From assembly GCA_003978475.1 (NCBI GenBank), contig QNZR01000099.1, positions 1 to 32,280 on the forward strand: DNA of 32,280 bases, in the 5' to 3' direction. A program made the translations under genes and the position numbers. Source of the DNA: Sulfurimonas sp. GTDB lineage: Bacteria; Campylobacterota; Campylobacteria; Campylobacterales; Sulfurimonadaceae. The notes under the pieces were generated by a model that was given only the letters and a program-made list of their open reading frames with translations, was not told where the DNA came from and did not search any database. This document shows positions 8,265 to 19,200 of the stretch, piece after piece (positions within the stretch are counted from its first letter, which is position 1; each line of letters starts with the position of its first letter).

Positions 8265-9839
8265 ATGCTATACTTTAGCATGATCAATATTTCAACCAAT
8301 AAACAACTGGGTATCATGCTTCCTAACACCAATAAGGCTTTGGCAGAAGTTCTTAAAACAGCAACACCCCAGCAGCTACAAACCCTTTCTGAGGGTAAAG
8401 ATATCAAATCTATTTTACATGCCCTTCTACAGGAGCGGACCCAACACTCCAAATCTGATGCCGTGTTGCTGGATCTTTTAAAGAACAATCCGACACTCAA
8501 AAGTCTGGGAAAGGTCAGTGATACCATTCACGACCTTCTAAAGACACTAAAATCCGACGCCACTCCCCTGCCCATTGAAAAGGTACTGAAACATTTTCTC
8601 ATTGACATCAAACACATTAGCGAGCCGGTACTCAAAGAAAAGCTTGAAAATTCAGGCATCTTTTTAGAGTCAAGACTCAAAAATGCCGACAATCCGAAAC
8701 TCACCCTCAAAACAGCACTCGACTCTCTGTTGCCCCTGCTTGAAAAGAGTCACATTCCCGCCGTAAAAGCTCTCGCTAAAGAGCTTAATGCCCTCCGTCT
8801 CGATCCTGTCATCAGCCACGCCTCCAATAAAGAACTGCTCGCTGCGACCAAACAAAATACCCATGCCCTCGAAGCCGTTCTCAAACGTCTGGAGCCTTTG
8901 CTGGCTTCCCTGCAGAATCATCGTAACCATGCCGACCCCCTCTACTCAAAAACATTCTCTTCACTGCTTAAGCAAACCACTCAGCTGCTCAATGCATTTC
9001 AAATGAAACAGAGCTCTCCGGCCGTGCTGCATGAGACCCTAAATACGCTCTTGCCGATGTTACAAAACAGTAATGTGCCGGAATCCAAAACCCTCTCATC
9101 CCTTCTGAACAACATCATCAAAACGCTCGATACGATTATGGCGGCACCGCAACCACAGCACCGACTGCATGAGCGTCATCTCCCACAGCAGATTGAGCGT
9201 TTTTTAGAACAGGTATCCTCGGCACTGCAAAAATCTGACGCTGTGTATTCTAAAGAGCTGGGCACTGTGCTACAGACCCTGAAGCATCTTAATACACCCC
9301 AAAAGCTCGACACCCATCACCAAATCAAAGAGATTGTCGCCCAGGATCTTAAAGCCGTACTGCTGCAGGCCTCGGATGATATTGCCAAATCTACCCATCC
9401 CAACCAGAGCGAACTTCTCAAACAGATGGACAAACTTGCCTTGCAAATTGACTACTATCAGCTCATGTCGCATCTGTGCAATGCCTCGTCTGTGTACTTA
9501 CCGCTTTCATGGGAGCAGCTTGAAGAGGGAAACATCACCCTGAATCACCATGATGAAGAGACCTTTTACTGTGACATTGACCTGAAGCTCAAAACCTACG
9601 GTGAACTCAAACTCCGATTGATTCTCTATGACAACAATCAGCTAAACCTGCATCTGTTTTCCGAAAGCAGCGACTTGAAGCAGCTTCTTAAAGAACATAT
9701 TCCGTTATTGCGCTCTGCTCTGATTGACGCAGATATTACCCCACGTGAAATACGAATTGTCGAAGCAGCCCGCAGCACTGCCGCAACATCTTACCAAACA
9801 CCGTCTCACCTGAAAATGGGATTTGAAGTGAAAGTATGA
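8265..9839 (+). CDS. fliK: Flagellar hook-length control protein FliK-like
   Basis: 524-aa Gln/Leu/Lys-rich protein. Its C-terminal ~90 aa resemble the FliK C-terminal (Flg_hook) domain (ITLNHHDEETFYCDIDLKLKTYGELKLRLILYDNNQLNLHLF...). It is followed by an overlapping FlhB-C-like gene. The start is either ATG 8265 or ATG 8280; I cannot choose between them. Confidence 0.55.
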   Translation: MLYFSMINISTNKQLGIMLPNTNKALAEVLKTATPQQLQTLSEGKDIKSILHALLQERTQHSKSDAVLLDLLKNNPTLKSLGKVSDTIHDLLKTLKSDATPLPIEKVLKHFLIDIKHISEPVLKEKLENSGIFLESRLKNADNPKLTLKTALDSLLPLLEKSHIPAVKALAKELNALRLDPVISHASNKELLAATKQNTHALEAVLKRLEPLLASLQNHRNHADPLYSKTFSSLLKQTTQLLNAFQMKQSSPAVLHETLNTLLPMLQNSNVPESKTLSSLLNNIIKTLDTIMAAPQPQHRLHERHLPQQIERFLEQVSSALQKSDAVYSKELGTVLQTLKHLNTPQKLDTHHQIKEIVAQDLKAVLLQASDDIAKSTHPNQSELLKQMDKLALQIDYYQLMSHLCNASSVYLPLSWEQLEEGNITLNHHDEETFYCDIDLKLKTYGELKLRLILYDNNQLNLHLFSESSDLKQLLKEHIPLLRSALIDADITPREIRIVEAARSTAATSYQTPSHLKMGFEVKV

Positions 9840-10087
9840 AAAAAGCTGCCGCACTCAAATATGACCGCAGCAAAGATGCGGCTCCCAAAGTTGTCGCCAA
9901 AGGCAAAGGGCAAAGCGCCGAAAATATCATTAAAATTGCCCAACTGCACCATCTTCCCATCAAAGAAGATGCGGATCTCATTGAACTGCTCTCCAAAGTA
10001 GAGCTCAATAAAGAAGTTCCCGAAGCACTCTACAAAGCCGTTGCCGAGGTTTTTAGCTTCATATACAAAGTAACAAATAAACATTAA
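9836..10087 (+). CDS. FlhB C-terminal-domain-like small protein (FhlB/YlqH family; EscU/YscU/FlhB C-domain homologue without the NPTH autocleavage site)
   Basis: The 83-aa sequence APKVVAKGKGQSAENIIKIAQLHHLPIKEDADLIELLSKVELNKEVPEALYKAVAEVFSFIYK matches the conserved FlhB C-terminal core (PxVVAKG...IP...LY.AVAEV). Its ATG overlaps the fliK stop (ATGA). Confidence 0.75.
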   Translation: MKKAAALKYDRSKDAAPKVVAKGKGQSAENIIKIAQLHHLPIKEDADLIELLSKVELNKEVPEALYKAVAEVFSFIYKVTNKH

Positions 10088-10154
10088 TTCTTAGAAAAAA
10101 AACGGAAGATTTAATTATTTATGTTTTTTTTTATCACTTTATTTTACATTTTTT

Positions 10155-10163
10155 CTGATATAA
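10155..10163 (+). promoter_or_regulatory. Extended -10 promoter element TGaTATAAT for the giant gene, in an AT-rich upstream region carrying A8 and T9 tracts
   Basis: tgatataat lies 64 bp upstream of the ATG at 10227. Upstream are A8 (~10097-10104) and T9 (~10124-10132) homopolymers. Confidence 0.4.
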
Positions 10164-10180
10164 TGCAACAAGATGTATTT

Positions 10181-10190
10181 TTACATGTAA
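10181..10190. promoter_or_regulatory. Perfect palindrome TTACATGTAA (TTTTTACATGTAAAT) between the -10 and the RBS of the giant gene
   Basis: The motif is self-complementary and is one of at least six exact copies in the window. It lies ~18 nt after the extended -10 and 23 nt before the GAGGAGA RBS. Confidence 0.5.
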
Positions 10191-10226
10191 ATCTACCGTA
10201 ACACGTACGTATTGAGGAGAATGTTC

Positions 10227-13200
10227 ATGCCTTTGAAGCAATTACGCTACTTTTTGGCTATTGTTATGCTGCTGCCCACGCTAGCATTGGCCGAAACCGT
10301 TTATCTGTATAAGAGTAACGACGCCACCAGTCCTTTAGAATCGGGAAAAACCTTTTTCTATACCATTAAATACTCGTGTGAAAGCACGACGCTCAACTGT
10401 TCTGATGTCGATATTGATGATCTGCTTTCGGATGATTTGAAGCTCATTAAAGTCTTTTCTCCCTCCGATGCCACCTTTAGCAGCAGCGGTAGTGACTATA
10501 ATGCCAAAGCGCTCAAGTGGCATTTTCCGCAAATTGCCGCCGGAACAACCGGAGAGATTCGCTATAAGGTTGAAGTACGTCCCGGCACCGTAGCAGACGG
10601 CTCAAGCATTACCAATTTTGCCGTACCGACCCGTAATGTCAGCACCACTCCCGTCGTCGACCCCAACAGCAATACCGATACTTTGGCTATTGCTGCAACG
10701 CCGCAGTGGCATGTCACCAAAACACCGCAGGCGTATGATCAGTTTCACAGTGGTTTTTACCTTGATACCGATATTACCTACACACTCCAACTCTGTCCCG
10801 ATACGACCATTGGGAACGTGAATCTCACCGATATCAATATCACCGATACCTACCCTGCCGGTGCCACCGTAGTCAACAACGGCGGCGGCAGCGTCGATGC
10901 AACAACACATACCATAACCTGGAGTGGACTGAGTGCCGATGTCAGCAGCGGTTGTATCAACAAAAATATTGTTCTTAATTTTCCCACCCCGACATTCAGC
11001 ACGGCTCAAACGGTAGATAATCGTGTCGATGTTACCGGAACGCCCATCGGCGGCACCAATGGACCTGTCGGCAGTGCGACGGTCAGTAACACCCTGGAAC
11101 CTTTTGTCTTTAACCCGACGCCGCAAATAAGTATTGCTAAAACGGCCGTCGTTCCGACCAATAACAATCTCGACTGGATTCGTGACGATGATCTGGGAAC
11201 GAATCATACGATCACGTACACACTCTCACCACAAAGTACGGGAAATGTGCCGCTTACGAACATGTATATGAGTGATACGTTCCCCACCAATGAGATCGCA
11301 GTCCTGCAGATCACCACCGGTGTCTACAGCAGTGCGGGTGATGTTAATATTTCCTACCAAACCAGTGCCAACCCGACATGGACCCTTAAAGGAACCTACA
11401 GCCGCAGCAGTTCGGTGACACTGAACCATACCGACTTTGGTACCGTCACAACAGGAGGTGAGTACCTCACAGCCATTCGATTCGATTTCGGTGATGTACC
11501 TCTGGATTTTCAAGCCACCACACCACCGACCGTCAGTGCCTCGGTCTTTCATACGTTTCGTGACGGTACCACCCCCAATGAGGGCGATATTAACACCCTC
11601 ATTCACAACTGTGCACAACTCAACGCTGACGACAATGCCACCACCCCGCAGCCGCTTACTCAGGTAGCATCATGCAAAGATGTCGAAATACGTGACAACT
11701 ATGCCGTACCCAAAGCCCTTAAGTCAGCATCATCAGACGAGTTGAGTCTCAATGAAGAGTTTACCTATACCATTGACGTAACCAACTCCAATGACGGTAC
11801 GGGAAGTTTAACCGACCCGATTGTATTTGACCTGCTGCCCCGCGGCATTGAATATATCTCAACCACCTACAATGACAATGGTCATACCGGTGTCACTCAA
11901 GTACTCTCCGTTGAAAACGGCAGCGGTGCCGATACCGATCGTACCCTGCTGCGCTGGAATTTTACCGGTACCCTGCAGCGCGGTGAAGCAGTCACACTCG
12001 AAGTGACGGTAAAAGTTCTCAATACCGCAGGAAACGGTACGTTGACCAACAAAGCGTACATCACCACACAAGATACAACCGTACCCTTTTCCTGTCATGT
12101 CCTCAACGGAGAGCAGGACAGTGCTCAAGACATTACCGATCCCACACTTCTCTCCTACACCAACACGTCACCCACGGTGGCCAAGGTGTGTGAGCAGTCC
12201 AACAGTGTCAATATTATCAATGTTGCCAAAATTGTCTCGCAGAAGTGGGTCAAAGGAGCATACGATACCGCATGGAGCCGTTTCCCCGCTTCGGGAAAAA
12301 CCTATGCCGGAGGTTCGGCAGACTATAACCTTACCATACAAAACGGCGGTAATGTCGCCGTCAGTAATATTGAGATTATTGATATTTTACCATTCGTTGG
12401 CGATACCGGTGTCAAAGACACGTCGGCACGCCACAGTGAGTGGCGTACCAATCTTGCCAAGCCTATTGTCACCTCTTTAGGAGATGTCTACTACTCCCTT
12501 GCGGGTAATCCGTGTCGTGCTCCTGATTATCTGGCAAGTGACACCCTCACATGTCAGGCACCCAACTGGTCTTTGACGCCTCCGGGTGACATTACCCAGG
12601 TGCGTTCCATTAAAATTGTCTTTGATCCCGCTATTGTGATTCAGCCCAATGAAAGTCGAAGCCTCATCTGGAATATGCAGGCCCCGACAGATACGCCGCC
12701 TGCCGCAATTGCGTGGAACTCCTTTGCCTTTAAAGGTGACCGTTCAGACGGCAGTGCTTTACTCGCCGCTGAGCCGCTTAAGGTTGGTATTGAGGTAAAT
12801 CCCGATCAACAAAACAGCTACGGTGACACCGTCTGGCTTGACATTAACCAAGACGGCATTCAAGATCCCGCAGAACCGGGAATTAACGGTGTCAAAGTAG
12901 AACTTTATGATGCCAGTAACGATACTCTGATCGATACCACCTATACCGCCACCGACATTAACGGCAATTTGGGAAAATATCGTTTTAGCGATGTGCCTGA
13001 CGGCAGCTACTATGCCGTTTTTACCCTCATTGACGGCTTTATCGTCTCTCCTGCCAACAGTGGCGGTGATGATACGCTTGACAGTGACGCCGAGACCTCT
13101 TTGGGCGCATCACGCTACCAAACTGCCACAACGGTTTTGGGTTCGCCTGAAAATGACATGAGCTGGGATATGGGGATCTACCCCGATGCCACCCATGCCG

Positions 13201-16200
13201 CTGTCGGTGATTATGTCTGGTACGATCAAATCGCTTATGACGGAGTACAAGATGCCAATCCGGTTGCCGACATGGTTGTTGAACTTCATACTGCTGATGG
13301 TACCCTTGTCGATGCTACCGCTACCTCTGTTGCCGGAAAGTACCTCTTTTATACCAATGTCTCTCCTACTACCGAGTACTATATTGCATTCATTACCCCA
13401 TACGGTTCGGGTATGACCTACCACAATCAAGGTGGTGACGATACGCTTGACAGTGATGCCGACTACACCAAACGCACACCGCTTTTTACCATCTCTGCCA
13501 ATTCTCAGGCTCCGGGAGAAGATCCCGATTTTGACGGCAATACCATCAACAATGTCAACCTGAGCGTTGACGGCGGTATTGTCGCCTCGGCATCATTGGG
13601 AGACACCGTCTGGCTGGAACGATACCCCAACGGTATTCAAGATGACGATGAAAACGGTATTGCGGGGGTCACCGTCACGCTTATTAATGAAACCACCGGT
13701 AACACTGTTGCCGGCATCACCACCACGGATGCCAACGGCAGTTATCTTTTTGAAGATCTCACACCCGGAGACTATCATGTCGAATTTGACTGGTCCGGCA
13801 TTGATTTTGCCACGCATCCTTACATCATTACCCCATCCATGCAGGGGTCGGACAGTACCAAAGACAGTGACGGCAACAGCGTTAGCGGCAATAGCCAACA
13901 AGCAATTACCAATACCATCACCCTGTCTGAGGGTACTAACGACCTTGATTGGGATCTGGGATTGTTTCGTCATGTCTCTTTGGGAGATCTCGTCTGGCTC
14001 GATGCCAACGGCAACGGTATTCAGGAGAGTGAAGCGGGTGTACCCAATATCGAGGTGCAGCTGTTTCAAGGAGGCGTCCGGGTGCTTCAGGATGATCTGG
14101 GCAATGCGTTTGGTACCGTCATTACCGATGCCAACGGAAACTACCTTTTTGACAACCTGCGTCCCGATACTTACCAAGTCAAATTTGTTTTGCCCGTCGG
14201 CAGCGGCTATGTCTTTACCCGACCGCGCTACGGCGGTAATCTTCGAACCGATGACAGCGATGCCAATGCCTATGCCAATGACGGCATGTCCTCTATAGTC
14301 TCTGTAAGCACCGTTTATGCCAACGGTTACCCCTATCTGGATGCCGGAGTTTTCATTCCGGCATCTATCGGTGATTTTCTCTGGCACGATATCAACGCCA
14401 ACGGCATTCAAGACGGTGGTGAACCGACCATTAGCGGAGCAGAGATCAGTATTAATAATATCAATTTTAGCAATACCGATGTCGATGGTTTGTCATTAGA
14501 CCCATTGTTTAGTGATGCGAACGGGAATTATCTGTTCGATCGGCTGTATCCGGGAACTTACGAACTCACTTTTACCCTGCCAAGCGGCTATATGTGGACC
14601 TACGCTTTAGCAGGAACCGACCCCGCACTTGACAGCAATGCCCCGGCAACCGTCACTGAGACGCTTGTATCTGATGAAGACAACCTCACTGTTGATGCCG
14701 GTGTTCTTCTGCCCGCATCCCTCTCGAACTATGTCTGGCTTGATGTCAATCATAACGGAATTCAGGATGTCGGTGAAAACGGCATTGCCAATGTCAGTCT
14801 CTCCCTGCTTGATGCAAACGGTACTACTATTGCCACACAAACCACCAATGCAGCAGGTGAATACCGCTTTGACAATCTCTTTCCCGGAACCTACAGCATC
14901 AGTATGACACTGCCCAATGGGTACTACGTCACACTTCAAGATGCCGGCGGAGACGACACGCTTGACAGCGATCTTGATCCGACGACATTACGCACAACAC
15001 CTACCTCCCTCACCGAAGGAGAAGCTGATACTTCGTGGGATATCGGGTTATTTGAGGTCGCTTCCATCGGTGATCGTGTCTGGCTCGATACCGATGCCAA
15101 CGGTGTTCAAGACGGAGGAGAAAACGGTATTGCCGGCATTAGTGTCTCTCTTGTAGACAGTAGCGGTAACAGCGTCACCGATGCTTCGGGTACGCCCGTC
15201 GCGGCACAGAGTACAGCAGCTGATGGCAGTTACCTGTTCGATCTGCTTCTTCCGGGAGACTACAAAGTCTGCTTTGATACTACCGGATATGAGATTAGCG
15301 ACCAAGACAGCAGCAGTACTGACGACACCCTTGACAGTGACGTCAATGCCACCACCAAATGTACCGACATCGAAACCCTTGATCCGCAGGAGTCCAATCG
15401 GGATTACGATCTGGGTCTGTATCATAATGCCGCCGCACTCGGAGATACCGTCTGGATCGATACGAATCAAAACGGCATACAAGACAGTGGCGAAAACGGT
15501 GTTGCCGGTATTACCGTCAACCTGCTCGATGATCTGGGCAATCTTCTTGCTACCACCACTACCGATAGCAGCGGTAACTATACGTTTCAAAATGTAAAAC
15601 CCGATTTTTATGAGGTAGAGTTCAATCTCTCCACACTGCCAACAGGCTATGTCGTCACCTCAGCCAACAGTGGCAATGATGATGCCGTTGACAGTGATGC
15701 CGACACGCAAAGCGGCAAAACCGGAACCTTTCAACTCTTCAGTGCCGACAATATTCTCACCTATGATATGGGGATTTTTGAGACCGGAAGCATTGGTGAT
15801 ACCGTCTGGTATGATACGAATCGTGACGGAGTTCGCGATGCCAATGAGAGCGGGATTGTCGGTATTACCGTACATCTTTTAGATAGCAACGGCAATCCGG
15901 TGCTTGATGCCAATGGTTCAGCAATGATGACAACAACCGATGCTTCCGGACATTATCTCTTTGAGCATCTTTACGCCGGCGATTATATTGTTGAGGTCAC
16001 GGCACCTTTTGGTTATACCATCAGTCCGCAACACAGTGGCGGCGATACAACAACCGATAGTGATATCGACCCTATCAGCAAGCGAACCCCGATAATTACC
16101 ATTGGCAGCGGTACGCACAATATGGACAATGATGCGGGGCTCTACATTCCCTATGCTTCGCTGGGAGATCGTGTCTGGCATGATCTGAACCGCAACGGCA

Positions 16201-19200
16201 TTCAAGACAGCGGTGAACCGGGTGTTGGCAACGTCCGTGTTGAACTCTATGCCAACAGTTACGTTGCCGGCGACGACAACACCTCGAGCAGTTTTTTAAG
16301 CAGTACACTCACCAGCAGTGACGGACACTACCACTTTGCCGATCTTATTCCCGACAGCTATGTCCTGAAGTTCATTCCGCCTGCGGGTTACCAACGCTCT
16401 GCACAAGATCAAGGTACGGACGATGCGGCCGACAGCGATAGTGATGCTACAGGTATGGTGACCGTAGCGGCACTTACGGCAGATGAGGATGATACCGGTT
16501 GGGACATGGGAATTTACATGTACGCAGAAATTGGAAATTACGTCTGGGTCGATACTAACGGTAACGGGGTACAAGATAGTGGCGAAAATGGGCTTGACGG
16601 TGTGGACGTTACCTTAACGCGACAATCCGATAACGCTACCTTCACGACCACAACCGCCAACTCGGGTGCCTATCGGTTTGAGAATCTTGAACCCGACAAC
16701 TATATGCTGAGTTTTGCACTGCCTCTTGGATATGAGGTCACGGTAGCCAATGCCGGCACGGATGATACCCGCGACAGTGATGCCGATGCCACGCTGACGA
16801 CAACACTCACCTCGCTTGATTCTAACGAGAGTGATATGAGCTGGGATCTCGGGGTCATTGAACGCGCTGCTATTGGCGATACCGTCTGGCGTGATGACAA
16901 TCGTGACGGCAGAGATGACGGTAGTGAACCGCGTGTTGCGGGCATCATCGTCAATCTTCTGGGGAGTAACGAAAATCTTATTGCTACGACAACAACCGAC
17001 ACTAACGGGCACTATGCCTTTACCAATTTGTTACCCAATGACTATATTGTCGAATTTAACCTGAGTTCACTGCCACCACACTTTGTTCCAACCTTGCACA
17101 ATCAAGGAGGTGATGATACCGCAGACAGTGATGCCAATCCGTCCACCGGTCGTACTAATATTATTGCGCTCCCAAGTGGCGAAAACAATACGAGTATCGA
17201 TATGGGAATCTTTATTCCACAAACCGCTCTTGGTGATCGGGTCTGGGACGATCTTAACGTCAACGGCATACAAGACAGTAACGAGCTGGGTGTTTCAGGT
17301 GTTTTAGTCCAGCTTCTCGATAACAGCGGCAACAGTGTTATCGATGCTACCGGAACAGCAGTCGATCCGGTCTATACCAACAGCAGCGGAAACTATTATT
17401 TCAGCAATTTGGTTCCGGGTGAGTACATGGTGGCATTTACACTGCCCTCAGGTTATGGTCTCACGGTAGCCAATAACGGCAATGACGATGAAGACAGCGA
17501 CGTCAACCCGATAACCATGCGCACTCCGGTGACCACACTAACTGCCCAGGAACAAGACACCACACTTGATATGGGTATTTACCGCTTTGCCTCGTTAGGG
17601 GATGTTGTTTGGGATGACCGCAACCGCAACGGCATACAAGACAGTGGCGAAAACGGTGTTGCCAATGTCAGTGTTCATCTGCTTGATCGTAACGGCAGCC
17701 TTTTACAGAGTACCACCACCGATACGTCGGGAATGTACCGTTTCGAGAATCTGGAACCCTCAGAGTATCGGGTTGAATTTGATCTGACTACGTTGCCGGC
17801 CTACTATGTTGTCACACCTCAAAACATCGGTAGCCATAACGATGCTAACGACAGTGATGCGGATCCGGTTACGGGAATCTCTCATCTCATTCGTCTTGAT
17901 GGCGGCGAACATGACGGCAGTATTGACATGGGTATTCATCTGCCGCCGACAAGTTTAGGCGATTTGGTCTGGAACGACACCAATGGCGACGGCATTCAAG
18001 ATACCAATGAAAGCGGTGTCGCCAATGTTACGGTAGAGCTGCTTGATGATGCCGGCACCGTCATAGCAACGCTCACAACTGACAGCAGTGGACACTATGA
18101 GTTTAGCGACCTCTACCCGGGCACCTATTCGGTGCACTTTGTTTTGCCTGCAGGCTATGTACTTTCACCGGCACACCAGGGAGATAATACCCGCGACAGT
18201 GACGTTGAGGCAGCCACCATGACAACGCCGACGGTAACGCTGGACGCCGGCATGCATAATACCGATCTGGATATGGGCATCTATCCGCTAAGCACTCTTG
18301 GCGATACCGTCTGGCACGATGACAATGCCGACGGCACCGTAGACACCACAGAAGCACGTTTTAGCAATGTTACCGTTATCTTGTCTGATATCTTCGGCAA
18401 CACCGTTGCAACCACCACGACCGACAGTGAGGGTACCTATCTCTTTGAAAATCTTGTACCGGGTAATTATCAGGTTCAAGTCGACGAGAGTACCCTTCCT
18501 TCGGGCAGTTGGGCCAGTACCACCATGAATGTTCCGATGCCGGTACTGCTGCCACCGGCATCAGATTTTTTAGATGCCGATTTTGGGTATGACCATGACA
18601 GTGACGGGGACGGCATTGCCGATACCGTTGAAGCACCGCCGTATGTCGACCCCGATACGGGTCTGACAGTCACGCCGCCAAGTGTCGTCGTTGATGCCAA
18701 CCATGACGGTCGTGATGATGCCACCGGTATTCCAACCCAGCTCATCGACCTGGATCATGACGGTATTCCCAATTATTTAGATACCGACAGTGACGGTGAC
18801 GGCATTCCCGACGCTGACGAACTTGGCGATCATGACGGTGACGGCATTCCCGACTATCTTGATTATGATCCGCAGGGGTATTTTTATGATGTCGATGATG
18901 GCACGATTGTCTCGGGAGGCTCTATTGAAATTACCTGTGACAATGCACAGACACCGGTCATTGTCAAAGATGGCAGTGACGGTGAGTACCAGTGGTACAT
19001 TCCGGGTCTTTCGACAACGACAACATGTACCATGCACTTTAGCATTCCGCCTCGCTACGATCTTGATACCGACTGTAGTGAACAAGCAGGAGCACTCGAT
19101 CCGAGCGGACAACCCAACCCGTACTACATCGGCAGTTCGCAAAACGGTCTCAGCGGCAAACTGGTTGATTTTAGCTGCAGCGCCAACCCGTGGTACAGCA

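Noticed and set aside
8198-8527. 110-aa N-terminal extension of the track ORF 7250..8527
   Set aside because: The extension would run through the divergent fliK promoter region and has no homology. The canonical Rossmann N-terminus MVYDLAIIGAGPAG begins at the ATG at comp. 8195-8197, immediately after an AAGGAG RBS.
12819-18510. The periodic approximately 350-bp repetition could be a CRISPR array or a DNA-level tandem repeat
   Set aside because: The repeat units are protein-domain repeats. They are in frame, about 118 aa long, and diverged at the third codon position. There are no short identical direct repeats with unique spacers, and no cas genes.
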